Translations under genes and position numbers: made by a program
NCBI GenBank assembly: GCA_963727255.1
Contig: CAVSFC010000002.1
Location: 352,001-416,000 of the forward strand
DNA from: an uncultured bacterium
GTDB lineage: Bacteria; Babelota; Babeliae; Babelales; Vermiphilaceae
Direction of reading: 5' to 3'
Length of the DNA: 64,000 nucleotides
Notes under the pieces: model-generated
What the model was told of the DNA's origin: nothing
Database searches by the model: none
What the model saw: the letters and a program-made list of their open reading frames with translations, nothing else
Shown here: piece after piece, positions 32,199 to 41,310 of the stretch
How the letters are laid out: the number at the start of each line of letters is the position of its first letter
How positions within the stretch are numbered: position 1 is the stretch's first letter

Positions 32199-33050
32199 AT
32201 GAATTGCATTCGAATATTGTGTCTTTTGCTATTGATCAACTGCAAAACACAATCCATGGAGAAACCTGCTCAAGTTCCAAATGCAGCAAACAATGCAAAA
32301 CTCGAAATTGTGCAGCTTCCTCCTGCCAAAATAGAGCTATCCGTAGATTCTAAAAAAGAAGATGCTAAAGCAGAAAAAAAGAAAAAGCTCCGCATAAAGA
32401 CATCTTTGCTCGAGACAGTCATCAGAGCCGATGCAAACAAAATTAAATTGGGTGGCATTGATGGCCAGACAATTGAATTTAGTGATTATGAAAATGATAA
32501 GGAATTATATACGCTCAAATTGCATAAAGCAGGAAGATATTTAGTTAAAGCGCAGTTAGATTTTGCTGATCCCAAACATAAGAAAATTTTTAAAGCGGTT
32601 CTAGATAAAGTTGCAAAAAAAGATCTCGCCCAATTAAGTGAGAGAGATAGATATAAATGGCAGCTTCATCGTTTGCGCGCATTCATGGAAATCAAAGATA
32701 TTGCGAGAATAAGCAAAGATGCTAGAGACTTTCTTAGAGATGAGAGAAAACAGCTAAAAGAAAGCAAAGATCATGAAAAAACTGAGCAATTGCGCAAAGT
32801 AGTACAAGCCGATCATAAAAAACGAAAAGAAAACAAGAAAAATTATACTCACTTAGCAGCACACCGATTGGCATATGTGGCCTCCATTATCGGCGGAAAA
32901 CCAGATCGTATTCAAGAAACAATGAAAAAAGATCTTCACATTAAAGATGAGCCCCTATTGCATCTTACTTTAATGGATGAGATTGAACTGTGTAAGCAGC
33001 CATTGCTGTTTGGTGAGAAGCGAGTAGAGCGAATAATTAAAAAACAATAG
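32199..33050 (+). CDS. Lys-rich hypothetical exported protein
   Basis: Signal peptide TQS-MEK; AAGGAG RBS. Confidence 0.72.
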   Translation: MNCIRILCLLLLINCKTQSMEKPAQVPNAANNAKLEIVQLPPAKIELSVDSKKEDAKAEKKKKLRIKTSLLETVIRADANKIKLGGIDGQTIEFSDYENDKELYTLKLHKAGRYLVKAQLDFADPKHKKIFKAVLDKVAKKDLAQLSERDRYKWQLHRLRAFMEIKDIARISKDARDFLRDERKQLKESKDHEKTEQLRKVVQADHKKRKENKKNYTHLAAHRLAYVASIIGGKPDRIQETMKKDLHIKDEPLLHLTLMDEIELCKQPLLFGEKRVERIIKKQ

Positions 33051-33063
33051 TTTAGAGAATCCC

Positions 33064-33501
33064 TTACGATTCTGACTCGTTAAGAATATATTTGAGACTC
33101 ATTTTGTTTGGTTCTTGAGCAATCACGGATTTTATACGAGGCCTTTTGCTGCAATCCCGTTTCTGGTGTACCATTATGAAACTTGCCGCAAATAAGCGTG
33201 AACAGTACCGGCATGCAGTGTCTCTTGCTGCGACTTTTCTGCGATCGGGATTTTGAGAGCAATAATATTGTTGATGAGAATAAATGTAGTTTTTTGAAAA
33301 TTCTTTATCGCAGTACTCGCAGTTTATTTTACTTTTAACAGGTGCATCTGATGACCGTTGCCATGTGTGGACCGTAAGCCGTTTGCCGGTTGGGAGTCTG
33401 ATTATCTTATCAACTTTTTCTAAACACACCTGATCAATGTGCATGGCAGAAAGGGAATAGCCGGTAGATAACGATATCATCAAAAATAGTAAGCGTTTCA
33501 T
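33064..33501 (-). CDS. Exported protein with two C2HC zinc fingers
   Basis: CEYCDKEF..HQQYYC and CRYCSRLF..HQKRDC; signal peptide LSA-MHI. Confidence 0.72.
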   Translation of the reverse strand: MKRLLFLMISLSTGYSLSAMHIDQVCLEKVDKIIRLPTGKRLTVHTWQRSSDAPVKSKINCEYCDKEFSKNYIYSHQQYYCSQNPDRRKVAARDTACRYCSRLFAASFIMVHQKRDCSKRPRIKSVIAQEPNKMSLKYILNESES

Positions 33502-34697
33502 ACGATATGCCTTGTGGAATATTGTGGGTGAGTATTTTGAGAATAAACAAGCGGTAATTCTGATTCTATAGCAATGCGCGGGATGAGCGGATTTAATCGT
33601 GTTAAAATTTCTCGTGGGTTAAAGCTTCCAACGATATTTGCCAAGTGAGTTGGAGTTATTTTTTCATAATCGCCCATGATGATCACCTCATCGCCCGGCT
33701 GCACATCAGGAATATGGGTGATATCAACGATGGTTGTTGTCATAGCAATAATGCCGATTACCGGTGCATACTGGCCACGGATAAGCAGGATTCCTTTCGA
33801 GCTCAGGCGCCGATCATAGCCATCAAAATAGCCAACCGGTAAAACCGCTATAGTAGTAGGTTTCGTGGTTTTATAGGTGCGATCGTATCCCACAAATCGA
33901 TCCGCCTCCAAATGCCGCACTTGAAAAACTTTAGTTTTAAAGGTGAGTACCGGTTTTAAATCAAACTCGGGCATCTTATTTTGTGCAATTTCTTTAATGT
34001 AAGCTGAAGGCCACCAACCATATGCGCCCAATCCGACGCGAACAAGATTGGTGTTTTTTGTTTGTAGGGCAGTTGAGCCGGCGCTATTGGAGAGATGCTT
34101 ATATGCAATAGTAATGCCTTCTTGTTCAATGCCATCGAGCACGGCGCTAAATGTTTTTTCTTGTTCTCGATTAAAGCTTTGATCATTATTAGCTGCTTGC
34201 GCCAGATGGCTATAAATTCCTTCGAGATAAATGCCGGGCATCGCAGATGCTTTTCTGATTATCGCAAGCGCATCTTCGGGTAAAAATCCAAAGCGAGACA
34301 TGCCACTATCAATTTTTATATGGATAGCACATTTTTTGCCTGCAGCTAAACCTACTTGATTAAGTTCCTCGAGTGTTTGCAGATCTGCCACCATGGTAGA
34401 AATTCCATGTTCGATAAGTTGAGAAGGATTACCATCAATAAAATAAACAACCAGAATCGGTTTCTTGATCCCATGAGCGCGCAAAGCAAGCGCTTCTGAG
34501 AGAGTGCCGGTGATGAGCCAATCAACCGATATGCTTTGCTGGCAAATTTTGCCAACCTCTATAATTCCATGGCCATAGGCGTTGCTTTTTACTACGATGC
34601 CCAAAGAGCGATTGCCAATAGATTGTTTATACCATTTAAAATTATGTTCTAGTGCAGTTTTATTGATTTCTATCCATGTATGGGGAGCTTGTATCAT
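33498..34697 (-). CDS. alr: Alanine racemase
   Basis: VVKSNAYGHG, KIDSGMSRFG, HLSNSA, GYFDG. Confidence 0.96.
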   Translation of the reverse strand: MIQAPHTWIEINKTALEHNFKWYKQSIGNRSLGIVVKSNAYGHGIIEVGKICQQSISVDWLITGTLSEALALRAHGIKKPILVVYFIDGNPSQLIEHGISTMVADLQTLEELNQVGLAAGKKCAIHIKIDSGMSRFGFLPEDALAIIRKASAMPGIYLEGIYSHLAQAANNDQSFNREQEKTFSAVLDGIEQEGITIAYKHLSNSAGSTALQTKNTNLVRVGLGAYGWWPSAYIKEIAQNKMPEFDLKPVLTFKTKVFQVRHLEADRFVGYDRTYKTTKPTTIAVLPVGYFDGYDRRLSSKGILLIRGQYAPVIGIIAMTTTIVDITHIPDVQPGDEVIIMGDYEKITPTHLANIVGSFNPREILTRLNPLIPRIAIESELPLVYSQNTHPQYSTRHIV

Positions 34698-34887
34698 GAT
34701 TTTTCCATTAATTTTAAAAATCGATGCTTTTTGAATAAGATAGAAAAAATTTTTATTGTACTTAATTATACTCTAATTATTAAAAAAATAACTCCTAAAG
34801 CAAAATTTGACTTTATCAAAAAAAATGAAGTAGCCTTGAAGAGGTAACTTTAATTTTTATAAGGAAGGAGTTGTTGTGAATGTTTTA

Positions 34888-35766
34888 ATGAAAAAACAGC
34901 TATTTCTTTGGTTGTTTTTATCATGTGTTGCATTTGAAATGCATGCATGGGAAAACTATACAACCACAGATAATAGTTGTAATGAATGCGATTTAGGAGG
35001 CTTTAGCATCCAAATTCAAGCCGGTATTGCTCCGGTTATTTGGTCTAAAAGAAACAACTTTAGTGTCATAAGTTGTAACTCATCGTTAGGGTGCCCTACT
35101 ACGGCAAGCCCTGTTATTCCTTTGTTTGAAATGCCAAAATTCAATAAATTATTCAAACTTCCCTGGACGATTGGCGGCTTGATTGGATATTGGCTAAGCG
35201 ATTGCGATCAAGTGTATATCGAAGGTAATTATCGTCAGGCAAAAGCTAAAAATAATTATACCATTGCTCCAACGATAACCCTTCCTCTTTTTGCACTTCA
35301 GCCGCAATTTGTATTTGGCACTACAACAAAATATAAATTCTATGATTTCTTTGTAGGCGCACGCCATTATTTTGATATGTGCTGGTGCGATTCATCATTT
35401 TTTCTAGGCGGGCAAGTAGGATTAGTTCATCATAAAGAAGTAGATTTCACGCTTACTGTTTCCTCGCTTACCAATACCTGTAATCCAGCGTATACCACCG
35501 GCTGCAATGTTCTTTTTGGAAAAAATACTCGAATTGCAGGTGGCGCGAGCATCGGATTTGACTATAGTTTCTGCGGTTGCTTTGGGTTTATAATAATGGC
35601 AGAATTCATTGCAACATGCGGTCCATGCGGAAATCAACTCATTACCTTTGCTCCGTGCACAGCGGATTTAGTATTGCCTGAATTAAGACCTGATGCCTTC
35701 ATTGTTGGTAGTATTGGTAATGAATTTTATTTCCCTATTACCGTTGGCCTCGAATATAAATTTTAA
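34888..35766 (+). CDS. Cysteine-rich outer-membrane beta-barrel protein (putative)
   Basis: Signal peptide; amphipathic strands; C-terminal VGLEYKF beta-signal; many Cys. Confidence 0.6.
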   Translation: MKKQLFLWLFLSCVAFEMHAWENYTTTDNSCNECDLGGFSIQIQAGIAPVIWSKRNNFSVISCNSSLGCPTTASPVIPLFEMPKFNKLFKLPWTIGGLIGYWLSDCDQVYIEGNYRQAKAKNNYTIAPTITLPLFALQPQFVFGTTTKYKFYDFFVGARHYFDMCWCDSSFFLGGQVGLVHHKEVDFTLTVSSLTNTCNPAYTTGCNVLFGKNTRIAGGASIGFDYSFCGCFGFIIMAEFIATCGPCGNQLITFAPCTADLVLPELRPDAFIVGSIGNEFYFPITVGLEYKF

Positions 35767-35790
35767 TTAATTTTTTTAAAAGGAGTTTTC

Positions 35791-36456
35791 ATGAAATTAT
35801 TTAATAAAAATAAAGTATTCGCACTAGCAATACTTTGCCTGTTTGCTTCTCTCGTGCAAGCATCATGCCCAGTAACATGCCCAACCGGCGTAGGCTCTCC
35901 ACGTTTTTGCAGCTTAGCAGTAACAGGAGCTTTAAGCGCAGGTAGCTTATGCGTTCAGGGAAATGAGTCAGTAGGTGGCAGCTTATCAGTATGCGGAACC
36001 GGAACCAGCTTTGTATCACTAACGGGTGGAGCGGGATTAACGGGCCCTATTCCTTTCTCAACCCTATCAGCATTCGGATTTGCTTATGATCCTGCTATTG
36101 CTCAAGCTGTTACGGCCGGAAACAATACAGTCGATTTGACTCTCAGCAGCGCTCTCTTAAATACAACGTTTGCAGCAGATGCATTAACGCCGTTGATTTC
36201 TGGAATCTATTTAATTCGTTATATTGTTGATTTAAACCCAACTGATATCGGGGCTGCCGGTACATTCTCAATTTTTGTGAATGGCGCGACAGTTGCAGGT
36301 AGCCAATTTGCTGTAACTGCTACTGAAACCGGAGCAGTAGTTGGGCAAGCTGTTGTTGCTGTTGTTGCTGGGCAATCAGTTATTATTAATTTTGCTTCTG
36401 CCTCAGCTGGTACAATAACAGGAACGGCATCATTGGCATTAGAAAAAATCGGCTAA
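35791..36456 (+). CDS. Exported surface protein with Cys-rich N-terminus and BclA/C1q-like C-terminal beta domain
   Basis: SCPVTCP; SGIYLIRYIV, FSIFVNGATVAGSQF, ASLALEKIG. Confidence 0.6.
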   Translation: MKLFNKNKVFALAILCLFASLVQASCPVTCPTGVGSPRFCSLAVTGALSAGSLCVQGNESVGGSLSVCGTGTSFVSLTGGAGLTGPIPFSTLSAFGFAYDPAIAQAVTAGNNTVDLTLSSALLNTTFAADALTPLISGIYLIRYIVDLNPTDIGAAGTFSIFVNGATVAGSQFAVTATETGAVVGQAVVAVVAGQSVIINFASASAGTITGTASLALEKIG

Positions 36457-36465
36457 GTTTTATTG

Positions 36466-36513
36466 TATACAAACAAAAAAACCCCGGAATTTCCGGGGTT
36501 TTTTTGTTTGTAT
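36466..36513. terminator. Bidirectional intrinsic terminator (long perfect inverted repeat)
   Basis: tatacaaacaaaaaaaccccggaa-t-ttccggggtttttttgtttgtata between convergent genes. Confidence 0.85.
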
Positions 36514-36525
36514 AAGCGCTATACG

Positions 36526-37134
36526 TTACTTATCTTCAGATTTATTTTCCTCTCTAATTATAACCGGAATTTTGGTTATTGGCTTTTTACGTAACGGTAT
36601 GCAAGCAACCAGTTTTTGCATTGCTTGATCATACTCAATGTGCGATTCTTCAAGCGCTATTTCGCTGCTTAGTCTTTGAGCGTTTTGGCAGTAACTGCTG
36701 ATCAAAATCTGTGCTTTATTATTTTTTTGATCCTGTTGCTGTTTCATCAGATGATTAAATCCAACAGAAATTAAATGGCGATCAGTCTGAATTTGCAGGG
36801 ATCCTACCGGAGTTGAGATTGTCATGGTATTAGTATCTTGATCCATGGATGCATCAAAAGTTTTTTCTTTAATATCAAGAGGGTAAATGCTGATTTCTAA
36901 GCAATTATTTGCTTTATTTTCATGGATTGTAAGTACGGGCGAATTGATATCATTATTTGGTGGAGCAGTGAACGCCATTTTCATCTCTTCATGCATGCGG
37001 TTCATGCGTTGCTCAAACCGCATCTGCATTTCATCGATCTCATTAATAATTTCTTCAAAAAATGATTTTGGTGCCGCAGCGCAGGCAGTGCCGATAAGTA
37101 AAGAAAGCAGCAATTGTTTATTAAGACTGAGCAT
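36526..37134 (-). CDS. Exported Hsp20/alpha-crystallin-like protein (putative)
   Basis: Signal peptide; helical EMQMRFEQRMNRMHEEM N-region followed by a beta domain ending ..KIPV. Confidence 0.5.
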   Translation of the reverse strand: MLSLNKQLLLSLLIGTACAAAPKSFFEEIINEIDEMQMRFEQRMNRMHEEMKMAFTAPPNNDINSPVLTIHENKANNCLEISIYPLDIKEKTFDASMDQDTNTMTISTPVGSLQIQTDRHLISVGFNHLMKQQQDQKNNKAQILISSYCQNAQRLSSEIALEESHIEYDQAMQKLVACIPLRKKPITKIPVIIREENKSEDK

Positions 37135-37209
37135 ACTAATGCCTCCTATAGTTAAAGGTTAATGGTTGTGATTTCTATTATTATTAAGTAATAAATTTTT
37201 TTTAGAATT

Positions 37210-38496
37210 TCAAGTGGTTAGTGCCCTTAGCCGCTCTGAGTTAGGTGCCAGTTTCTTTGCAATACTCATTGCAGAAACAATTGCATTATTATGCGAATCG
37301 GCATCATGAGTATAAAATCCGGCAATCCAAAGATTATGATCCCCTTGCAAAGATTCGAGTTCCTTTTGCCCGGTAAAATAGCCATAATTTACTATGGGAT
37401 GGTAAAAATGCCTGAGATCATAGAGTGGGTGCGGCATCGGATTTTCTGCCGGAACTCCCACAGGATAGGTGATCCAACTTCTAAAAACTCCTACTTCTCG
37501 CATCCATGGTTTGCAAATAGTAAGGGCGCTGTTGATCCCATCATAGCGAATGTTCACCACTGCCCAATCGGCTTCATCTGGCGGCATCAATCGCCGATCT
37601 CCATGAATCGCGATCGTGGTATAAAAATATTCTACTAATGCCAGGGCTGCCCGAAAATATTCTGCATGGCCGATATTCTTAAGCAGCTCTTTTGCCGTCA
37701 TTGCATTGGTTGCAATAATCAAATGATCAAAAGAATGGCGTTGGCCATTTGCTTGCGTGATATTGTATTGATTGTCTGCATAAGCGATGTCAATAATTTC
37801 TGCTGAATGAATGATAGTAGTTTGCTTTAATTCTGCTACAAGTGCATTAATATAGGTGCTCATGCCCCCAACAACCTCATTCCACTGGGCAGCAGCAATA
37901 TGAGCCGGCTCATTGACCCGCGCCCATTTGATGATATCGTATGCGGCAAACTTTTTCATATCTTCGGGGCTCACTCCCCACGATGCGCCAAAAAAAGGAT
38001 AGAGAAAATGCTCTTTAAATTCTTGAGTGAGCATAATGGTGTCGGCAAAATCGCTTAATGTGATTCCAATATCCTCCGTTGCCATAATATTTGCGCCTGC
38101 GCTAATAAAATGGTTTAACTGCGTCAGATCAAAAAGTGTGTGCGGATTCAGCGATTGCCACGCGAGTGCACCATCATGAATTGGCGGCAATGATACTTTT
38201 TTGCCATTATGGGTATGATAAAAGGTATAGGTGAGCGGATATTTGCGCGTGGGGACGTTAAGGATCTCTAATAATCTATTGAACTGCGGAAACATCATGT
38301 CAGAAAAAAATTCAACCCCCGCTTCAACAGGAATAGTTTTTCCCTTAATGGTTATTGGGACAGTGCAGACATGCCCGCCAAGCCGATCTTCTTTTTCAAA
38401 AATAGTAACATGGTGATGTTGGTCAAGGAGCCATGCACTCGCGAGCCCCGATGCGCCGGCGCCAATAATTCCGATATTAAGTTTATTTTTTTCCAT
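37210..38496 (-). CDS. FAD-dependent oxidoreductase/amine oxidase family
   Basis: IGIIGAGASGL, FEKEDRLGGH, LQGDHNLWIAG. Confidence 0.85.
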   Translation of the reverse strand: MEKNKLNIGIIGAGASGLASAWLLDQHHHVTIFEKEDRLGGHVCTVPITIKGKTIPVEAGVEFFSDMMFPQFNRLLEILNVPTRKYPLTYTFYHTHNGKKVSLPPIHDGALAWQSLNPHTLFDLTQLNHFISAGANIMATEDIGITLSDFADTIMLTQEFKEHFLYPFFGASWGVSPEDMKKFAAYDIIKWARVNEPAHIAAAQWNEVVGGMSTYINALVAELKQTTIIHSAEIIDIAYADNQYNITQANGQRHSFDHLIIATNAMTAKELLKNIGHAEYFRAALALVEYFYTTIAIHGDRRLMPPDEADWAVVNIRYDGINSALTICKPWMREVGVFRSWITYPVGVPAENPMPHPLYDLRHFYHPIVNYGYFTGQKELESLQGDHNLWIAGFYTHDADSHNNAIVSAMSIAKKLAPNSERLRALTT

Positions 38497-38546
38497 GCGA
38501 AAGACTTTTTGATTACTCTAGCATGGCGATGTGAGGAAAATAAATA

Positions 38547-39107
38547 TTACTTCGGTAAATAGATCATTGAGCCCTTAGTAATATCCTCTTTGGTGAGATT
38601 CCCCTTTAATGCCAAACCCCGTTCATTGGAGGTCTTGCTCCAATCAAAAGGTAAAATTCCCTCAGCTGATCTAAATCCAAGAAGTGGCCCCGTTTGCGGC
38701 CCAAAGATATAACCATTCGCTTCAATAGATGTTTTTCCGAAGAGCGATTTGAGCGTCTCTTTAAATTTCTCTTTTTCAGCCGGAAGCCCGACGCGAATGA
38801 TAATTTTTTTGTTTGGCTTAATAATATAGGTGTCAATCCGATCGCCAGCAACTGGCATTTTGCCCAATTTTATTGCAATGATAGTTGGCTTGCTTGTGTC
38901 GATAGTTTTAGCCGGGGTCCATTTGCCTGGGCGCAATTCCTCAAATTTTTTATGGCTTGCCTCTTCGGGAGAATTGCTCACGCTGTAATAGAGCGGATCA
39001 TTGTGTTTGTTCCAAAGCTCAAAGTTTGAATCAGCGATTAAAGGAAATGCAAAGCCACTCATGGATAAAAAGATTGCGATAAAACTATTTCTTATTATAT
39101 GCTTCAT
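38547..39107 (-). CDS. Hypothetical exported protein
   Basis: 186 aa with signal peptide. Confidence 0.68.
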   Translation of the reverse strand: MKHIIRNSFIAIFLSMSGFAFPLIADSNFELWNKHNDPLYYSVSNSPEEASHKKFEELRPGKWTPAKTIDTSKPTIIAIKLGKMPVAGDRIDTYIIKPNKKIIIRVGLPAEKEKFKETLKSLFGKTSIEANGYIFGPQTGPLLGFRSAEGILPFDWSKTSNERGLALKGNLTKEDITKGSMIYLPK

Positions 39108-39243
39108 ATTTTTTCCTTACTAAGGAATATTCCTATTTATTACTAAAATAGCAGATTGGCAATGAATAAATCAATAGTTTTTATAAATAGGAAATAAATA
39201 ATACTCTACTCCCCAAAAAATTAAGACATAGATATAAGCATAT

Positions 39244-39276
39244 AAAAAAAAAGGGAGCCGTGCTCCCTTTTTTTTT
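39244..39276. terminator. Bidirectional terminator-like hairpin located between divergent genes
   Basis: A-run, gggagc-cgt-gctccc, T-run. Confidence 0.65.
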
Positions 39277-39365
39277 ACTTTTTCAATAATTCTAATGCTG
39301 AACTAGCTAGCATGTTTTACAATCTCTGATACCCTTATAAAAAGCGCATATAAACGGAACTTTTC

Positions 39366-40100
39366 ATGGATAAAAAAAATAAACCACAAGGCGAACTCAT
39401 TTACGGGATTCACCCGATTATCGAGGTGCTTAAGGCAAAACGCCGCAAAGTAATCTCAATTTACACCACGCGTCCAACTCCTAAGGCTTGGGCCAAAATT
39501 GAAAAATTATTGCCAGAACGGCCCATTCCCATTCAATATGTGAGCCGCGATGTTTTGAGTAATATGGCAAAGACTGATGATCATCAAGGGGTTGTTGCCT
39601 GGGTGCAACATTTTCCTTTCCGCAGCAAGGCCTTTGATCCTGCTAAGCACAAATTCTTAGTGCTCCTTGATGGGATTCAAGATCCTCGGAATGTGGGAGC
39701 GATTTTGCGATCTGCCTATTGCACGGGAGTTGATGGAGTAATTTTAGTAGAACGGTTTGCGGCTCCTTTAAATTCGGCCGCCTTAAAATCTTCGGCAGGC
39801 CTTGCAGAGCATCTAGAAATCATGGTTGCTCAAACGACTCCCGCAATCATCCAAAATCTTAAAGCTGCCGGCTATACTATCTATTGCGCTGCTTTTGGCG
39901 GAAAAAATGCTCAAGAAGTTGCATTCGAGCAACCAATGTGCGTGGTTATTGGCAGTGAAGGGGAAGGGATTATACCGGCAGTCTTAAAAGCCGGAATTCA
40001 GGTTACCTTGCCCCAAAGAACGGCCGAAATTTCTTATAATGCCTCTGTTGCTGCAGGAATTTTGCTCTTTTTGATCGGAACCCAGCAGAAGAAAATCTAA
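39366..40100 (+). CDS. rlmB: 23S rRNA Gm2251 methyltransferase (TrmH/SpoU family)
   Basis: IYGIHP, HQGVVA, LDGIQDPRNVGAILRSA, IGSEGEG, SYNASVAAG. Confidence 0.92.
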   Translation: MDKKNKPQGELIYGIHPIIEVLKAKRRKVISIYTTRPTPKAWAKIEKLLPERPIPIQYVSRDVLSNMAKTDDHQGVVAWVQHFPFRSKAFDPAKHKFLVLLDGIQDPRNVGAILRSAYCTGVDGVILVERFAAPLNSAALKSSAGLAEHLEIMVAQTTPAIIQNLKAAGYTIYCAAFGGKNAQEVAFEQPMCVVIGSEGEGIIPAVLKAGIQVTLPQRTAEISYNASVAAGILLFLIGTQQKKI

Positions 40101-41299
40101 AAATGTATTAGAGTTTCCAAATCTAAGATCTCAGCGCTGCTGAAGGTGGGATGCCAGAGAAGATATTTGCTATCGGAGCTGCAAGAGCTTGTCCTGCTAT
40201 TCGATTCAGGCTTGCGGATGCTTTTTAGTAAAATAATTGTCTTGGGGTTTACGATATCGATATCCTTCTCATCCTCAAGAATGAGATATTTTTCATCAGG
40301 AGAAAAATAGGTAGATTTGGGGGACCATTCCCTCAAAGTGACCAGAGATTTGATATCGGCACCGCTTTGTGCAGAGCATTTCCAGCACATAGAATCTTCT
40401 AGCATGATGCACAGATCAAGATTTTTTGTTGAGGCTAAATGTCGGCCTGATTTCTCATTTTTTCTTCCCGCTGGAAAAATAAGCTCGCCTATCCCCTTAT
40501 CATCTTTAATTTGAATTCGTGAGAAGTCAGGATTAAAAAGAAATGAGCTGAGACCAGCAGACAAACATTCATGGCTAATTTTTTTTAGGGCAGTAAAGTT
40601 CTTTGTTTCAAAAAAAGATAGTGTGATGCCATTTTTTATTATCAATTGCGTGCCTTCGGTATTAAAGAGTGGCGAGTTTCCTTCCAATGCTGCAATTTCT
40701 TTCTTGTTCTTCAAATTAATGATACTAACCACTTGATTATTTTTTTTTCTGATTTCACAAGCTACTAAACTGTCATCAGGACTAAAAATAGTTGAAAATT
40801 TATTTTTAACAAAGTAAGCATCGGAAGAATCTTTAAGGGCGAGAACTTCTTCTTCTGCTGAAATTTGATGAACTTCTAAACTATCTTTATTGGGCTGGTA
40901 TACCACATATGTATCTTTCGGGCTAATGCCGGGGATATCAAAAAGTACTGTTTTATATGTTTTTAATAGTTTGCCCGAAATTGTACTCCAGATATGTAAA
41001 TTATTTTCTGGGTAACGTGCGGTTTCCAGGCCCCAATAATAGTTGCCCTGCGGGCTAAATCTATGTGAAAGCAATTGTCGCCTGTTTATTTCAAGCGAAT
41101 GTTCCCACTCGATCTTATTTTGGCTTATTTTATAAAGTGCTAGTGCGTATTCAGTTGCTACCATCAATTGCGAATTTTTCGGATGCCAGCATGCATGATT
41201 GATTGATGATAGATAAGAATCAGACTTTAAGCGCTTCGGGGTTTTCTCCATTGCCATAAGCACAGGTGAAAAAATGAAGAGTAATAATACAATGTACAT
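40097..41299 (-). CDS. Exported WD40-like beta-propeller protein
   Basis: Repeated FSPxG/D, WSTISGKLLKTY; paralog of 41311-42711. Confidence 0.75.
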   Translation of the reverse strand: MYIVLLLFIFSPVLMAMEKTPKRLKSDSYLSSINHACWHPKNSQLMVATEYALALYKISQNKIEWEHSLEINRRQLLSHRFSPQGNYYWGLETARYPENNLHIWSTISGKLLKTYKTVLFDIPGISPKDTYVVYQPNKDSLEVHQISAEEEVLALKDSSDAYFVKNKFSTIFSPDDSLVACEIRKKNNQVVSIINLKNKKEIAALEGNSPLFNTEGTQLIIKNGITLSFFETKNFTALKKISHECLSAGLSSFLFNPDFSRIQIKDDKGIGELIFPAGRKNEKSGRHLASTKNLDLCIMLEDSMCWKCSAQSGADIKSLVTLREWSPKSTYFSPDEKYLILEDEKDIDIVNPKTIILLKSIRKPESNSRTSSCSSDSKYLLWHPTFSSAEILDLETLIHF

Positions 41300-41310
41300 T
41301 TGGGTATGCT

